Assembly: GCA_031256725.1 (NCBI GenBank)
Contig: JAIRQE010000003.1
Span: 1 to 32,000 of the forward strand
Source of the DNA: Propionibacteriaceae bacterium
Lineage (GTDB): Bacteria > Actinomycetota > Actinomycetes > Propionibacteriales > Propionibacteriaceae
Direction: 5' to 3'
Length of the DNA stretch: 32,000 nucleotides
The position numbers and the translations under genes are program-made. The notes beneath the pieces were generated by a model that worked only from the letters and a program-made list of their open reading frames with translations, did not search any database and had not been told where the DNA came from. This document shows positions 1 to 9,126 of the stretch, one piece after another; within the stretch, counting starts at the first letter, position 1, and every line of letters begins with the position of its first letter.

Positions 1-1391
1 TCACTGGCATTGTCGTTAAGGTAGACAAAGACGAGGTACTCCTCGACGTGGGTTACAAGACTGAGGGAGTTATCCCAGTCAAGGAACTCGCCATCAAATA
101 CCATGTAGATCCTTTTGAAGAAGTCCATGTCGGTGACACCGTCGAGGCTCTCGTTCAGCAGAAGGAAGACAAAGAAGGACGTCTCATCCTCTCCAAGAAG
201 CGTGCTCAGTACGAGCGTGCTTGGGGAACGATCGAAAAGATCAAGGAAGAAGATGGTGTCGTCACTGGTCGTGTCATTGAGGTCGTCAAGGGTGGCCTCA
301 TCGTGGACATTGGCCTACGTGGCTTCCTTCCGGCTTCTCTGGTCGAGATGAGGCGCGTACGCGACCTCTCCCCGTACATTGGAGCAGAACTCGAAGCGAA
401 GATCATCGAACTCGACAAGAACCGCAACAACGTTGTTCTGTCGCGTCGCGCTTGGCTGGAACAAACCCAGTCCGAGGTGCGTACCACCTTCCTCCACAAC
501 CTTCAGAAGGGCCAAATTCGCAAGGGCGTTGTGTCGTCCATCGTGAACTTCGGTGCCTTCGTTGATCTTGGTGGAGTCGACGGTTTGGTACACGTCTCCG
601 AACTCTCATGGAAGCACATCGATCATCCTTCCGAGGTTGTCGAAATCGGCCAGGAAGTTACCGTGGAGGTCCTCTCTGTGGAGATGGACCGCGAGCGTGT
701 CTCCCTGTCTTTGAAGGCAACTCAGGAAGATCCGTGGCAGACTTTTGCTCGTCTGCACCAAATCGGTCAGATTGCCCCTGGTACTGTCACTAAGTTGGTG
801 CCCTTCGGCGCCTTCGTGCGTGTGGCTGAGGGCATCGAAGGTTTGGTACACGTCTCCGAGTTGGCCGAGCGCCACGTGGAGATCCCCGAGCAGGTTGTTT
901 CCGTCAACGATGCCGTCATGGTCAAGATCATCGACATTGACCTGGAACGCCGTCGTGTGTCCCTGTCGCTCAAGCAGGCAAACGAAGGTGTCGACGTTGT
1001 TGCTGATGACTTCGATCCGAGCCTTTATGGCATGGCCAACTCCTATGACGAGGATGGAAACTACATCTATCCTGAGGGCTTCGATCCTGATACCAACGAA
1101 TGGAAGCCAGGCTACGAAGAGCAGCAGGCAGCATGGGAGGCCCAGTGGACCCAAGCCCGTGCGCTGTGGGAGGCTCACAAGAAGCAGGCTGTCGAGGCTG
1201 TGGAAGCAGAGCAGGAAGCTGTCGTCGAGGAGATGACCGCTGCCACCTACACCACAGGTGAGTCGGATGCTCCTGTTGAGTCGGCTTTTGCCTCTGATGA
1301 GGCTTTGCAGGCATTCAAGGAGCAACTCAATGACGGTGAGGCTAAGAAGGCCCCTGCCGCAGTTGAGGAAGAAGAGCCAACTGCTGAATAA
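1..1391 (+). CDS. rpsA: 30S ribosomal protein S1, 5' end cut by the window edge (codon phase starts at nt 3)
   Basis: The frame is open back to nt 3 (TGIVVKVDKDEVLLDVGYKTEGVIP...). Repeated S1/OB-fold units are present (FGAFVDLGGVDGLVHVSEL, FGAFVRVAEGIEGLVHVSEL) with an acidic C-terminal tail. The rpsA-coaE-uvrB order is typical of actinobacteria. Confidence 0.95.
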   Translation, partial: TGIVVKVDKDEVLLDVGYKTEGVIPVKELAIKYHVDPFEEVHVGDTVEALVQQKEDKEGRLILSKKRAQYERAWGTIEKIKEEDGVVTGRVIEVVKGGLIVDIGLRGFLPASLVEMRRVRDLSPYIGAELEAKIIELDKNRNNVVLSRRAWLEQTQSEVRTTFLHNLQKGQIRKGVVSSIVNFGAFVDLGGVDGLVHVSELSWKHIDHPSEVVEIGQEVTVEVLSVEMDRERVSLSLKATQEDPWQTFARLHQIGQIAPGTVTKLVPFGAFVRVAEGIEGLVHVSELAERHVEIPEQVVSVNDAVMVKIIDIDLERRRVSLSLKQANEGVDVVADDFDPSLYGMANSYDEDGNYIYPEGFDPDTNEWKPGYEEQQAAWEAQWTQARALWEAHKKQAVEAVEAEQEAVVEEMTAATYTTGESDAPVESAFASDEALQAFKEQLNDGEAKKAPAAVEEEEPTAE

Positions 1392-1412
1392 GCATAGTTG
1401 ATTCAAATCTAC

Positions 1413-1446
1413 GAACCGGGGTCACCACAAAGTGGTGGCCCCGTTC
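1413..1446 (+). terminator. Stem-loop downstream of rpsA (candidate intrinsic terminator, no U-tract)
   Basis: CGGGGTCACCAC-AAA-GTGGTGGCCCCG forms 12 bp with one G-U pair (1417-1443). It can extend to GAAC/GTTC with one bulge. It starts about 20 nt after the rpsA stop. Confidence 0.55.
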
Positions 1447-1526
1447 TGGTTGGGATACTCTTGGTTATCTACCTTTCCTGACTGTGGTAATCAGGGTCCT
1501 CGGGGTCTCGTTAATGGAGGATGAAA

Positions 1527-2189
1527 ATGATCAGAGTTGGTCTGACCGGTGGTATTGCTGCCGGAAAATCAGTTGCGAGTCGCGCCTTCACTGAGCGCGG
1601 GATCACTGTTGTGGACTATGACGTACTTTCCAGAGAAGTGGTTGCCCCAGGTACCTCTGGCCTCGCTGAGATTGTTGAGATTTTTGGAGAGAAGGTCCTT
1701 CTTGACGATGGTACCCTCAATCGTTCAATGGTCGCGAAGCTTGTTTTCGGGGATGATGATGAGGCCCGAGATCAACTGGAGGACATCATCCATCCCCGGG
1801 TCATTGATCAGGGTCACAAACTTGATCTGGAAGCTGAGCGTCGGGGAGAGAAACTCATTATCCATGCCATTCCCCTTCTCGTTGAGGCGGCTGGTCCTGA
1901 AGCTTTTGACACGGTCATCGTTGTTGATGCTTCCCCTGAGGTACGAGCAGCACGCCTCATTGATGGTCGTACTATGGATGAGAAGGAAGCCTGGGGTCGT
2001 ATCAATGCCCAGATCGATGATGAGGTACGTTTGGCTGCCGCTGACTTTGTTTTTGATGGATCTGGATCCCCTGAGAATCTCAAGGATCAGGTCAACGAGT
2101 GGCTTGATGATGTTCTTGTTCATGGTTTGGCTTTTAGAGCCAATGTCGAACGTACAAAGTTTCTTGTGACCGAGGATGGGGTTGACTAA
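1527..2189 (+). CDS. coaE: Dephospho-CoA kinase
   Basis: The N-terminal P-loop MIRVGLTGGIAAGKS matches the family. GGAGG at 1516-1520 lies 6 nt before ATG 1527, whereas the ORF-track ATG 1521 abuts the SD directly. The position after rpsA is conserved. Confidence 0.9.
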   Translation: MIRVGLTGGIAAGKSVASRAFTERGITVVDYDVLSREVVAPGTSGLAEIVEIFGEKVLLDDGTLNRSMVAKLVFGDDDEARDQLEDIIHPRVIDQGHKLDLEAERRGEKLIIHAIPLLVEAAGPEAFDTVIVVDASPEVRAARLIDGRTMDEKEAWGRINAQIDDEVRLAAADFVFDGSGSPENLKDQVNEWLDDVLVHGLAFRANVERTKFLVTEDGVD

Positions 2190-2220
2190 TCAGGTGGGTT
2201 CTAAGCCTTCCTTCAAGAAA

Positions 2221-2242
2221 TGTCGCAGGCATGTTGTAGCTT
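2221..2242 (+). promoter_or_regulatory. Candidate uvrB promoter: TGTCGcag-N8-TAGCTT (RecA-NDp/PafBC-like), -10 hexamer at 2237-2242
   Basis: TGTCG lies at 2221-2225, followed by cag, an 8-nt spacer and TAGCTT (TANNNT) at 2237-2242. Exactly 6 nt separate the hexamer from ATG 2249, and there is no SD. Confidence 0.4.
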
Positions 2243-2248
2243 TAGAAC

Positions 2249-4318
2249 ATGCGTCCAGTTACTGATGTTGTGAGAACGGTAGCCCCCTTCAAGGTTCATG
2301 CGGATTTCGAGCCCAGTGGGGATCAACCGGATGCCATCAATGCCCTAGAAAAGCGTCTCAAAGCCGGAGAGAAAGACGTCGTCGTTCTTGGGGCAACTGG
2401 AACAGGGAAGACAGCGACAGTAGCTTGGTTAGCTGAGCGCGTACAACGACCAATGCTCATCATGCAACCAAACAAGACTTTGGCAGCCCAGTTTGCCCAA
2501 GAACTGAGGCAGTTTTTCCCTCAGAACGCAGTTGAATACTTCGTCTCCTATTACGACTATTACCAGCCTGAGGCCTATATCCCGCAGTCGGATACGTATA
2601 TTGAGAAGGATTCATCCCTTAATGAAGAGGTGGAGAGACTTCGCCACCAGGCCACCTATTCTCTCCTGACCAGGCGTGACTGTATCGTTGTGGCCTCAGT
2701 GTCTGCAATCTATGGATTGGGAACTCCCCAAGAGTATGTGGATCGAATGATCACCTTGAAGGTTGGCGATGAGATTGGGCGGGATGCTCTGTTGAGAAGA
2801 CTCGTCGACATTCAGTACGTTCGCAACGACTTAGCGGGAACTCGGGGAACCTTCCGGGCTCGCGGGGATACTATCGAGATCTTCCCGATGTACGATCTGA
2901 CAGCGTGGAGAATCGAACTATTTGGGGATGAAATTGAGACCCTCACAACCATGAACCCACTCACTGGAGAGGTGATTACCCGCGATGAGGTCCTTCATGT
3001 TTTCCCCGCCACCCATTACACAGCCTCAAGCGAGAGAATGGGGAAAGCCATTGCGGGGATTGAGTCGGAGCTTCGTGAACGGTTGTGCGAGTTAAGGACT
3101 CAGAATAAGCTCTTGGAGGCTCAGCGTCTAGAGATGAGAACAGGGTACGACATCGAGATGATGAGGACAGTGGGAACCTGTTCAGGGATTGAGAATTATT
3201 CACGACACATTGATGGGCGTGATCCTGGTTCCGCGCCTAACTGTTTGCTCGACTATTTTCCTGAGGATTTCCTGCTCGTCATTGATGAATCCCATGTTGC
3301 AGTACCCCAAATCGGTGGGATGTATGAAGGGGATATGTCGAGGAAGAGAACCCTTGTCGAACACGGTTTCCGTCTTCCCTCAGCCTTAGATAACCGACCT
3401 CTGAGGTGGGAAGAGTTCCTGGAGAGGATTGGGCAGAGTGTCTATCTTTCGGCCACACCTGGCCCCTATGAGATGGCGAAGGATCCTCATCCAGTGGAAC
3501 TGCTCATCAGGCCCACGGGTTTGGTTGATCCAGAAGTGATCCTCAAACCCACCAAGGGGCAGGTCGAGGATCTGATGGGGGAGATTCGTTCTCGTGCCGA
3601 AAGAGATGAGCGAGTTCTTGTCACCACCCTCACGAAAAAGATGGCTGAGGATCTCACTGATTACTTCCTCGCCCACGACATTCGTACCCGATATCTTCAC
3701 TCCGATATCGACACCTTGAAACGACTTGATCTTCTGCGTGAACTCAGGTCCGGGGAGTACGATGTCCTCGTTGGTATCAACCTCCTTCGAGAAGGCTTGG
3801 ATCTTCCCGAGGTCTCCCTCGTGGCCATTCTTGATGCCGATAAGGAGGGTTTCTTACGCTCAGAGAGATCCCTGATTCAGACCATCGGTCGTGCAGCAAG
3901 AAATGTCTCTGGACAAGTACATATGTACGCAGACTCAGTCACAGCATCCATGCAAAAAGCGATTGATGAGACAAATCGCAGGCGAGCCAAACAGATTGCC
4001 TACAATACAGAACATGGTATTGACCCTCAACCACTGAGAAAGAAGATTGCCGACATCACAGAGATGCTTGCTCGTGAAGATGGGGACTCCATCTCACGTC
4101 CCTCACGTCGTACTGCTGGGGTCATCATGGCGGATGAATCCAGGAAAACTCGTCCCGCCAATATCCCCCAGAGCGAATTAGCTGACCTGATTGCTGAACT
4201 CACTGAGCAGATGCATGCGGCTGCTGCTGGCTTACGCTTCGAGGTTGCTGCCCGACTGCGTGATGAGGTGTCGGATTTGAAGAAGGAATACCGTGCCATG
4301 GTTGAGGGGCAGAAATAG
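2249..4318 (+). CDS. uvrB: Excinuclease ABC subunit B
   Basis: 689 aa with Walker A GATGTGKT, helicase motifs (DESH, TPGPYE-like, QTIGRAARN) and a C-terminal UVR domain ([13 protein letters not shown]). Confidence 0.97.
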   Translation: MRPVTDVVRTVAPFKVHADFEPSGDQPDAINALEKRLKAGEKDVVVLGATGTGKTATVAWLAERVQRPMLIMQPNKTLAAQFAQELRQFFPQNAVEYFVSYYDYYQPEAYIPQSDTYIEKDSSLNEEVERLRHQATYSLLTRRDCIVVASVSAIYGLGTPQEYVDRMITLKVGDEIGRDALLRRLVDIQYVRNDLAGTRGTFRARGDTIEIFPMYDLTAWRIELFGDEIETLTTMNPLTGEVITRDEVLHVFPATHYTASSERMGKAIAGIESELRERLCELRTQNKLLEAQRLEMRTGYDIEMMRTVGTCSGIENYSRHIDGRDPGSAPNCLLDYFPEDFLLVIDESHVAVPQIGGMYEGDMSRKRTLVEHGFRLPSALDNRPLRWEEFLERIGQSVYLSATPGPYEMAKDPHPVELLIRPTGLVDPEVILKPTKGQVEDLMGEIRSRAERDERVLVTTLTKKMAEDLTDYFLAHDIRTRYLHSDIDTLKRLDLLRELRSGEYDVLVGINLLREGLDLPEVSLVAILDADKEGFLRSERSLIQTIGRAARNVSGQVHMYADSVTASMQKAIDETNRRRAKQIAYNTEHGIDPQPLRKKIADITEMLAREDGDSISRPSRRTAGVIMADESRKTRPANIPQSELADLIAELTEQMHAAAAGLRFEVAARLRDEVSDLKKEYRAMVEGQK

Positions 4319-4408
4319 GAACCTCGTGACCTGATGACAGCCTATGAACCTTATCTACGAGTGGGGTCGTTTATTGTAAAATAGGAGTTCATTACCTGGA
4401 AGGATTCT

Positions 4409-5386
4409 ATGGTCGTCAGTGGTCTCACCTGGATCGTCACAATGCTGATCCTTATCGCTGTGCTCATGTTTGATGTCTTCTTCATTGGGCGAAAGCCTCA
4501 TGAGCCTTCGACCAAGGAATGCACGATAGCGATCTCGATCTATGTAACAGGAGCTCTGCTGTTTGGTGTCTACATTTGGTACCACTGGGGTCCGCAATTC
4601 GCGGGGGAGTTCATTGCGGGCTGGTTGACAGAGTATTCCCTGTCAGTGGACAACCTCTTCATCTTCTTGCTCATCATGGCCAAGTTGAAGGTTCCTCGTC
4701 CCCTTCAGCAGTACGCTCTTATGATCGGCATCATCCTGGCTCTGATCTTCCGTGGAATCTTCATTGCCCTTGGTGCTGCTGTGATCGAGAGGTTCGCCGC
4801 AGTCTTCTTCCTCTTTGGCGCCTTCCTTATCTATACGGCAATAGACCTAGTCAAGGACTATGTACAACAGGATCAAGCCGAGGAAGCAACCGAGAATTTC
4901 CTTATGCGATGGGTGAAGAAGAAGTTCAACTTCGCAGATGAGTATCACGGCAAGAAGTTGAGGGTCAAAAAAGATGGGCATTGGATCATGACACCAATGT
5001 TCCTTGTGATCATTGCCCTAGGAAGTACGGATCTCCTCTTTGCCCTTGACTCGATTCCAGCGATCTATGGTCTGACACAGCAGCCGTACCTTGTTTTCAC
5101 CGCCAATGTCTTTGCACTCATGGGTCTTCGCCAGTTGTACTTCCTCATTGGAGGGTTGCTCAAGAAACTTGTCTACCTCTCCATTGGTCTCGCAGTTATC
5201 CTGGCTTTTATTGGTGTGAAGCTCATTCTTCATGCGCTCCATCATTTCCATGTCATCAACTGGGAGGTGCCACTATTGGTGTCACTAGGAGTCATTGTTG
5301 GTGCCCTCATCATCACCACAATAGCCAGCCTCATAAAATCCTCACATATGCAATCTGATGAGATTGAGGAGGATCCCGAAGCCTAG
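4409..5386 (+). CDS. TerC-family integral membrane protein
   Basis: 325 aa and polytopic. TerC-like signatures EYSLSVDNLFIF and ALDSIPA are present. SD GGAAGGA at 4398-4404; candidate -10 TAAAAT at 4377-4382. Confidence 0.85.
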   Translation: MVVSGLTWIVTMLILIAVLMFDVFFIGRKPHEPSTKECTIAISIYVTGALLFGVYIWYHWGPQFAGEFIAGWLTEYSLSVDNLFIFLLIMAKLKVPRPLQQYALMIGIILALIFRGIFIALGAAVIERFAAVFFLFGAFLIYTAIDLVKDYVQQDQAEEATENFLMRWVKKKFNFADEYHGKKLRVKKDGHWIMTPMFLVIIALGSTDLLFALDSIPAIYGLTQQPYLVFTANVFALMGLRQLYFLIGGLLKKLVYLSIGLAVILAFIGVKLILHALHHFHVINWEVPLLVSLGVIVGALIITTIASLIKSSHMQSDEIEEDPEA

Positions 5387-5393
5387 ATTCGGT

Positions 5394-6110
5394 TTAAATG
5401 GGGCCAATCAGGTTGAGTTCTTCGGCACCTAGGATCGACGAGGAATCCTTGCGACCAGTGATCCACCCAAGGAGGCTCACTTCGGTACCACGTACAGTTG
5501 AGGGAGTCCCAGACCCTACTGTTGTCGAATAGCCTTCGTCGGTGATGATTGTAAGTTCCACCTGCGAGAACCGTGGCGTTGCCCGGAAGATATTCCACTT
5601 CAGCAGAAGACGTACAAGCTCAGGTTCAATATCAGCAAAATCGACACCAAGCTGTAAGTCAATGTGGTGAACAATGACCTCATTCAGTCGATCAAGAACG
5701 AGGGTAGTAGCGGGAAGAGGGCCGTGGGAAGTGGTGACAGGGATCTCCCAAGTATGATCATCCATCTGATCAAGGGCCTTGAACATCACAGTCGAGGATT
5801 GATCCAGAGCTTCTTGAAGAGCGATAGCATTGCGACGTGCTCCCATCCAGATCTCCTCATCGCGTTGGTGGGAGCGCCATGTAACCGACTCGCGGGTCTC
5901 AATGAGGGTTTGCGTCATCTCGGTCAAGGCTTCCGCGTGAAAAGCGAGATGGGTGGCAACACAGGCACGTGACCAACTTGGAAGGAGTGTATTATCGCGC
6001 CAATCGTTATCACTCAGTGCAATGGTGTCTCCAAGGAGGCGTTGGGTGGCGGCGGTGAGCTCCAGACGCCAAGCGTCTGGAGCGTCGATGATATCTACAC
6101 TGAAACTCAC
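5394..6110 (-). CDS. DinB-fold protein of the mycothiol-dependent maleylpyruvate isomerase family (function unknown)
   Basis: 238 aa. The N-terminal segment (W.RACVATHLAFHAEAL ... VIVHHIDL) resembles actinobacterial TIGR03083/MDMPI_N proteins. GTG start at 6110. Divergent from uvrA. Confidence 0.75.
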   Translation of the reverse strand: MSFSVDIIDAPDAWRLELTAATQRLLGDTIALSDNDWRDNTLLPSWSRACVATHLAFHAEALTEMTQTLIETRESVTWRSHQRDEEIWMGARRNAIALQEALDQSSTVMFKALDQMDDHTWEIPVTTSHGPLPATTLVLDRLNEVIVHHIDLQLGVDFADIEPELVRLLLKWNIFRATPRFSQVELTIITDEGYSTTVGSGTPSTVRGTEVSLLGWITGRKDSSSILGAEELNLIGPI

Positions 6111-6116
6111 ACCCCT

Positions 6117-6122
6117 AACCTA
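6117..6122 (-). promoter_or_regulatory. Candidate -10 hexamer TAGGTT for the DinB-fold gene (leaderless geometry)
   Basis: The minus strand reads TAGGTT-aggggt-GTG, giving 6 nt between the hexamer and the start codon at 6110. Confidence 0.4.
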
Positions 6123-6182
6123 CGGCCAAACCAGTGTCTGTGCGAGTTTTCTCCCTAATGGCCATAGATTGAGAAGGGTTTT

Positions 6183-6198
6183 TCGGACATATGTTCGA
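6183..6198. promoter_or_regulatory. LexA (Cheo/SOS-box)-like palindrome TCGGAC-ATAT-GTTCGA
   Basis: It matches the actinobacterial/Gram-positive SOS consensus TCGAAC-N4-GTTCGA at 11 of 12 specified positions. It lies in the divergent DinB-fold/uvrA intergenic region. Confidence 0.45.
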
Positions 6199-6227
6199 GA
6201 GATCCCACAATTTGTGGCAAAGGCAAC

Positions 6228-6233
6228 TATGAT
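6228..6233 (+). promoter_or_regulatory. Candidate -10 hexamer TATGAT for uvrA (leaderless geometry)
   Basis: TATGAT-ggcggt-GTG(6240): 6 nt between the hexamer and the start codon, with no SD. Confidence 0.45.
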
Positions 6234-6239
6234 GGCGGT

Positions 6240-9077
6240 GTGCAGAATCGGCTCATCATCAAAGGCGCCAGGGAACATAACTTGGCCAATATCTCCCTCG
6301 ACCTTCCTCGTGATTCACTGATTGTGTTCACGGGGCTTTCCGGTTCGGGGAAATCATCCTTGGCTTTCGACACCATCTTTGCGGAGGGACAGCGTCGCTA
6401 TGTGGAATCCTTGAGTGCCTATGCTCGGATGTTTATCGGGCAGATGGACAAACCGGCAGTGGATTTCATCGAAGGTCTCTCGCCGGCAGTGTCCATCGAT
6501 CAGAAGTCGACTTCTCGCAACCCACGCTCAACCGTGGGTACGATCACTGAGGTCTACGACTATTTCCGACTCCTCTTCGCTCGAATTGGGGTACCACACT
6601 GTCCGCAGTGTTCCGAGCCGATTTCTAGACAGACCCCACAACAAATTGTTGATCGGCTACTGGAGCTAGAGGAGGGTATCCGTTTTCAGGTACTCGCCCC
6701 CATTATCACAGGCCGCAAAGGGGAGTTCCGTGATGTTTTTACTGAACTTGCCACAAGTGGCTATGCGCGAGTACGCGTGGATGGCGAAGTCTATTCCCTG
6801 ACAGAGCCCCCCACCCTCGATAAGCAAAAGAAGCATGATCTCGATGTGATCGTTGATCGTCTTGCAGTGAAACCTGAGGCTCGCCAAAGGATCACAGACT
6901 CAGTTGAGACTGCTCTCAAGCTTGCCAATGGTGTCATCGCTGTAGAATTCGTTGATCGCAAACCAGGGCCCACAAAGGAGAAGAGGTACTCCGAGAAAAT
7001 GGCTTGCCCTCACGGTCATGACATCTCCATTGATGAACTTGAGCCCCGACAGTTTTCCTTCAATGGCCCCTGGGGCGCCTGCCCAGCCTGTTCCGGGTTG
7101 GGTACAACCATGGAAGTTGATTCAGAGCTCGTGATTCCTGATGATGGCCTGAGTCTTAGCCAGAATGCCATTTCCATCTGGTCTACACCAGCAGTAGGTC
7201 GGTACTACCAGCATGTTCTGAAATCTCTGGCTGAAGCCGAAGGCTTCTCCATGACGACCCCGTGGGCTGATCTTTCTGAGACCGCAAAGAAGATCCTTCT
7301 CCATGGGCTTGGTGATCCTGTCTATGTCACTCATCGAAATCGCTTCGGTAGGACGCGTACCTTCTCAGCCAAGTACGAGGGGGTTATTCCCTACATTCGA
7401 CGTCGTCACCTTGAAGCGGAGACTGATTCGGGTAGGGATCGCTACGCTGCGTACATGAGGGAGGTCCCCTGCCAGACCTGCGAGGGTGCCAGGCTCAAGC
7501 CAGCATCCTTGGCGGTGACAGTGGGTGGCCGCAATATCCATGAAGTCACCTCCATGAGCATCAGCGATTGCCTCGATTATGTGAATACCTTGAAACTCTC
7601 TGTTCGTGATGCGACCATTGCTGAACGGGTTGAGAAGGAAATCAAGGAGAGGCTGCGTTTCCTCGTTGATGTGGGCCTGGATTATCTGACTCTGTCTCGT
7701 CCAACGGGTACCCTCTCAGGTGGTGAGGCGCAAAGGATCAGGCTTGCTACGCAGATCGGCTCGGGATTGATGGGCGTGCTCTATGTTCTTGATGAACCCA
7801 GCATCGGCCTCCATCAGAGGGACAATCATCGTCTCATCGAGACCCTCGTACGTCTGCGGAATCTCGGAAACACTCTCATCGTGGTTGAACATGACGAGGA
7901 CACTATTCGTACCGCTGACTGGGTGGTGGACATCGGTCCAGGCGCGGGAGAGCACGGAGGTCAGGTTGTGGTATCGGGGCCTGTTGAGGATCTTCTTGCT
8001 TGCGAGGAGTCTATGACGGGCGCCTATCTGGCGGGAAGGCGTTCTATTCCTGTACCCCTCACTCGACGACCTCGTAGTGGCTCTGCTGTGACGGTCGTTG
8101 GTGCCACCGAGAATAACCTCCACAGTGTTGATGTGAGCTTCCCGATTGGGCTGTTCATTGCGGTCACTGGGGTCTCCGGTTCGGGGAAGTCATCCCTAGT
8201 CAACTCCATCCTCTACCAGGCCATGGCGAAGCGGATCTATTCGGTGAAGGCCGTACCAGGTAAACACAAACGCATTGAGGGTGCCGAGGCCATCGACAAG
8301 ATCATCCATGTGGATCAGTCCCCGATTGGGCGTACTCCCCGCTCTAATCCTGCGACCTACACGGGTGTTTTCGACAAGATTCGTACCCTCTTTTCCCAGA
8401 CCACAGAGTCGAAGGTACGCGGGTACCAGCCAGGTCGTTTCTCCTTCAATGTCAAGGGTGGGCGCTGCGAAAACTGTATGGGCGACGGGACGATCAAGAT
8501 TGAGATGAACTTCCTCCCTGATGTCTATGTACCCTGTGAGGTCTGTCGTGGTGCGAGGTACAACCGTGAAACCCTGGAGGTTCACTATAAGGGGAAGACG
8601 ATTGCTCAGGTCCTAGCTATGCCCATCGAGGAAGCTGCGGAATTCTTCTCGGCGATCCCAGCTATTGCGCGCCATCTCAACACCTTGGTTGAGGTTGGTT
8701 TAGGATATGTACGCCTGGGGCAGTCTGCGACGACCCTGTCTGGGGGTGAGGCGCAGAGGGTAAAGCTGGCCTCTGAGTTGCAGAAACGCTCGACAGGTAA
8801 GACGATGTACGTCTTGGATGAACCCACGACTGGCCTACACTTCGAGGATATTCGCAAACTCCTCCAGGTTCTTGATCGACTTGTTGAACAAGGAAACACT
8901 GTCGTTGTTATCGAGCATAATATCGACGTCATTAAGACAGCTGACTGGGTGATTGATCTTGGCCCTGAGGGTGGATCACGTGGCGGGTTCATCGTTGCTG
9001 AGGGTACCCCTGAAGAGGTTGCGGCTCATCCAGATTCCTATACAGGTGAGTATTTGAAGCGTGCACTGGTCGCGTAG
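6240..9077 (+). CDS. uvrA: Excinuclease ABC subunit A
   Basis: 945 aa with two ABC ATPase modules ([10 protein letters not shown] and [10 protein letters not shown]; two LSGGE signatures) and zinc-finger Cys clusters (CPQC, CPAC, CENC, CEVC). GTG start gives [15 protein letters not shown]. Confidence 0.97.
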   Translation: MQNRLIIKGAREHNLANISLDLPRDSLIVFTGLSGSGKSSLAFDTIFAEGQRRYVESLSAYARMFIGQMDKPAVDFIEGLSPAVSIDQKSTSRNPRSTVGTITEVYDYFRLLFARIGVPHCPQCSEPISRQTPQQIVDRLLELEEGIRFQVLAPIITGRKGEFRDVFTELATSGYARVRVDGEVYSLTEPPTLDKQKKHDLDVIVDRLAVKPEARQRITDSVETALKLANGVIAVEFVDRKPGPTKEKRYSEKMACPHGHDISIDELEPRQFSFNGPWGACPACSGLGTTMEVDSELVIPDDGLSLSQNAISIWSTPAVGRYYQHVLKSLAEAEGFSMTTPWADLSETAKKILLHGLGDPVYVTHRNRFGRTRTFSAKYEGVIPYIRRRHLEAETDSGRDRYAAYMREVPCQTCEGARLKPASLAVTVGGRNIHEVTSMSISDCLDYVNTLKLSVRDATIAERVEKEIKERLRFLVDVGLDYLTLSRPTGTLSGGEAQRIRLATQIGSGLMGVLYVLDEPSIGLHQRDNHRLIETLVRLRNLGNTLIVVEHDEDTIRTADWVVDIGPGAGEHGGQVVVSGPVEDLLACEESMTGAYLAGRRSIPVPLTRRPRSGSAVTVVGATENNLHSVDVSFPIGLFIAVTGVSGSGKSSLVNSILYQAMAKRIYSVKAVPGKHKRIEGAEAIDKIIHVDQSPIGRTPRSNPATYTGVFDKIRTLFSQTTESKVRGYQPGRFSFNVKGGRCENCMGDGTIKIEMNFLPDVYVPCEVCRGARYNRETLEVHYKGKTIAQVLAMPIEEAAEFFSAIPAIARHLNTLVEVGLGYVRLGQSATTLSGGEAQRVKLASELQKRSTGKTMYVLDEPTTGLHFEDIRKLLQVLDRLVEQGNTVVVIEHNIDVIKTADWVIDLGPEGGSRGGFIVAEGTPEEVAAHPDSYTGEYLKRALVA

Positions 9078-9080
9078 TTT

Positions 9081-9101
9081 CGTGGTGAGGCGGTGACCAC
9101 G
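9081..9101 (+). terminator. Weak stem-loop after uvrA
   Basis: CGTGGT-gaggcggtg-ACCACG (6-bp stem, 9-nt loop) begins 4 nt after the uvrA stop. There is no U-tract. Confidence 0.3.
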
Positions 9102-9114
9102 AGGCACTGGCGGT

Positions 9115-9120
9115 TAGAAT
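9115..9120 (+). promoter_or_regulatory. Candidate -10 hexamer TAGAAT for uvrC (leaderless geometry)
   Basis: TAGAAT-caccct-ATG(9127): 6 nt between the hexamer and the start codon, with no SD. Confidence 0.5.
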
Positions 9121-9126
9121 CACCCT

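Noticed and set aside
606-1406. 266-aa ORF on the minus strand, antisense to rpsA
   Set aside because: It lies entirely inside the strongly supported rpsA frame. It has Leu/Ser/Arg-rich low-complexity composition and no recognisable motifs, which is typical of a shadow ORF.
1398-1412. gattcaaatct, a tRNA T-loop-like string after rpsA
   Set aside because: There is no acceptor, D or anticodon stem pairing around it. The upstream sequence is the rpsA coding end, so this is not a tRNA.
4319-4408. Possible yybP-ykoY (Mn2+) riboswitch upstream of the TerC-family gene, a common association
   Set aside because: The spacer is only 90 nt, and part of it is needed for the TAAAAT -10 and the SD. I could not find the conserved GGGGAGUAG-type loop sequences or the four-helix pairing; only a reversed GAGTGGGG is present. 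A cmscan with RF00080 would settle it.
6211-6233. RecA-NDp-like motif upstream of uvrA (TTGTGGcaa-N7-TATGAT)
   Set aside because: The core has G instead of C (TGTGG versus TGTCR) and the spacing is 7 nt, not 8. This is too weak to call. The uvrB instance is much better.
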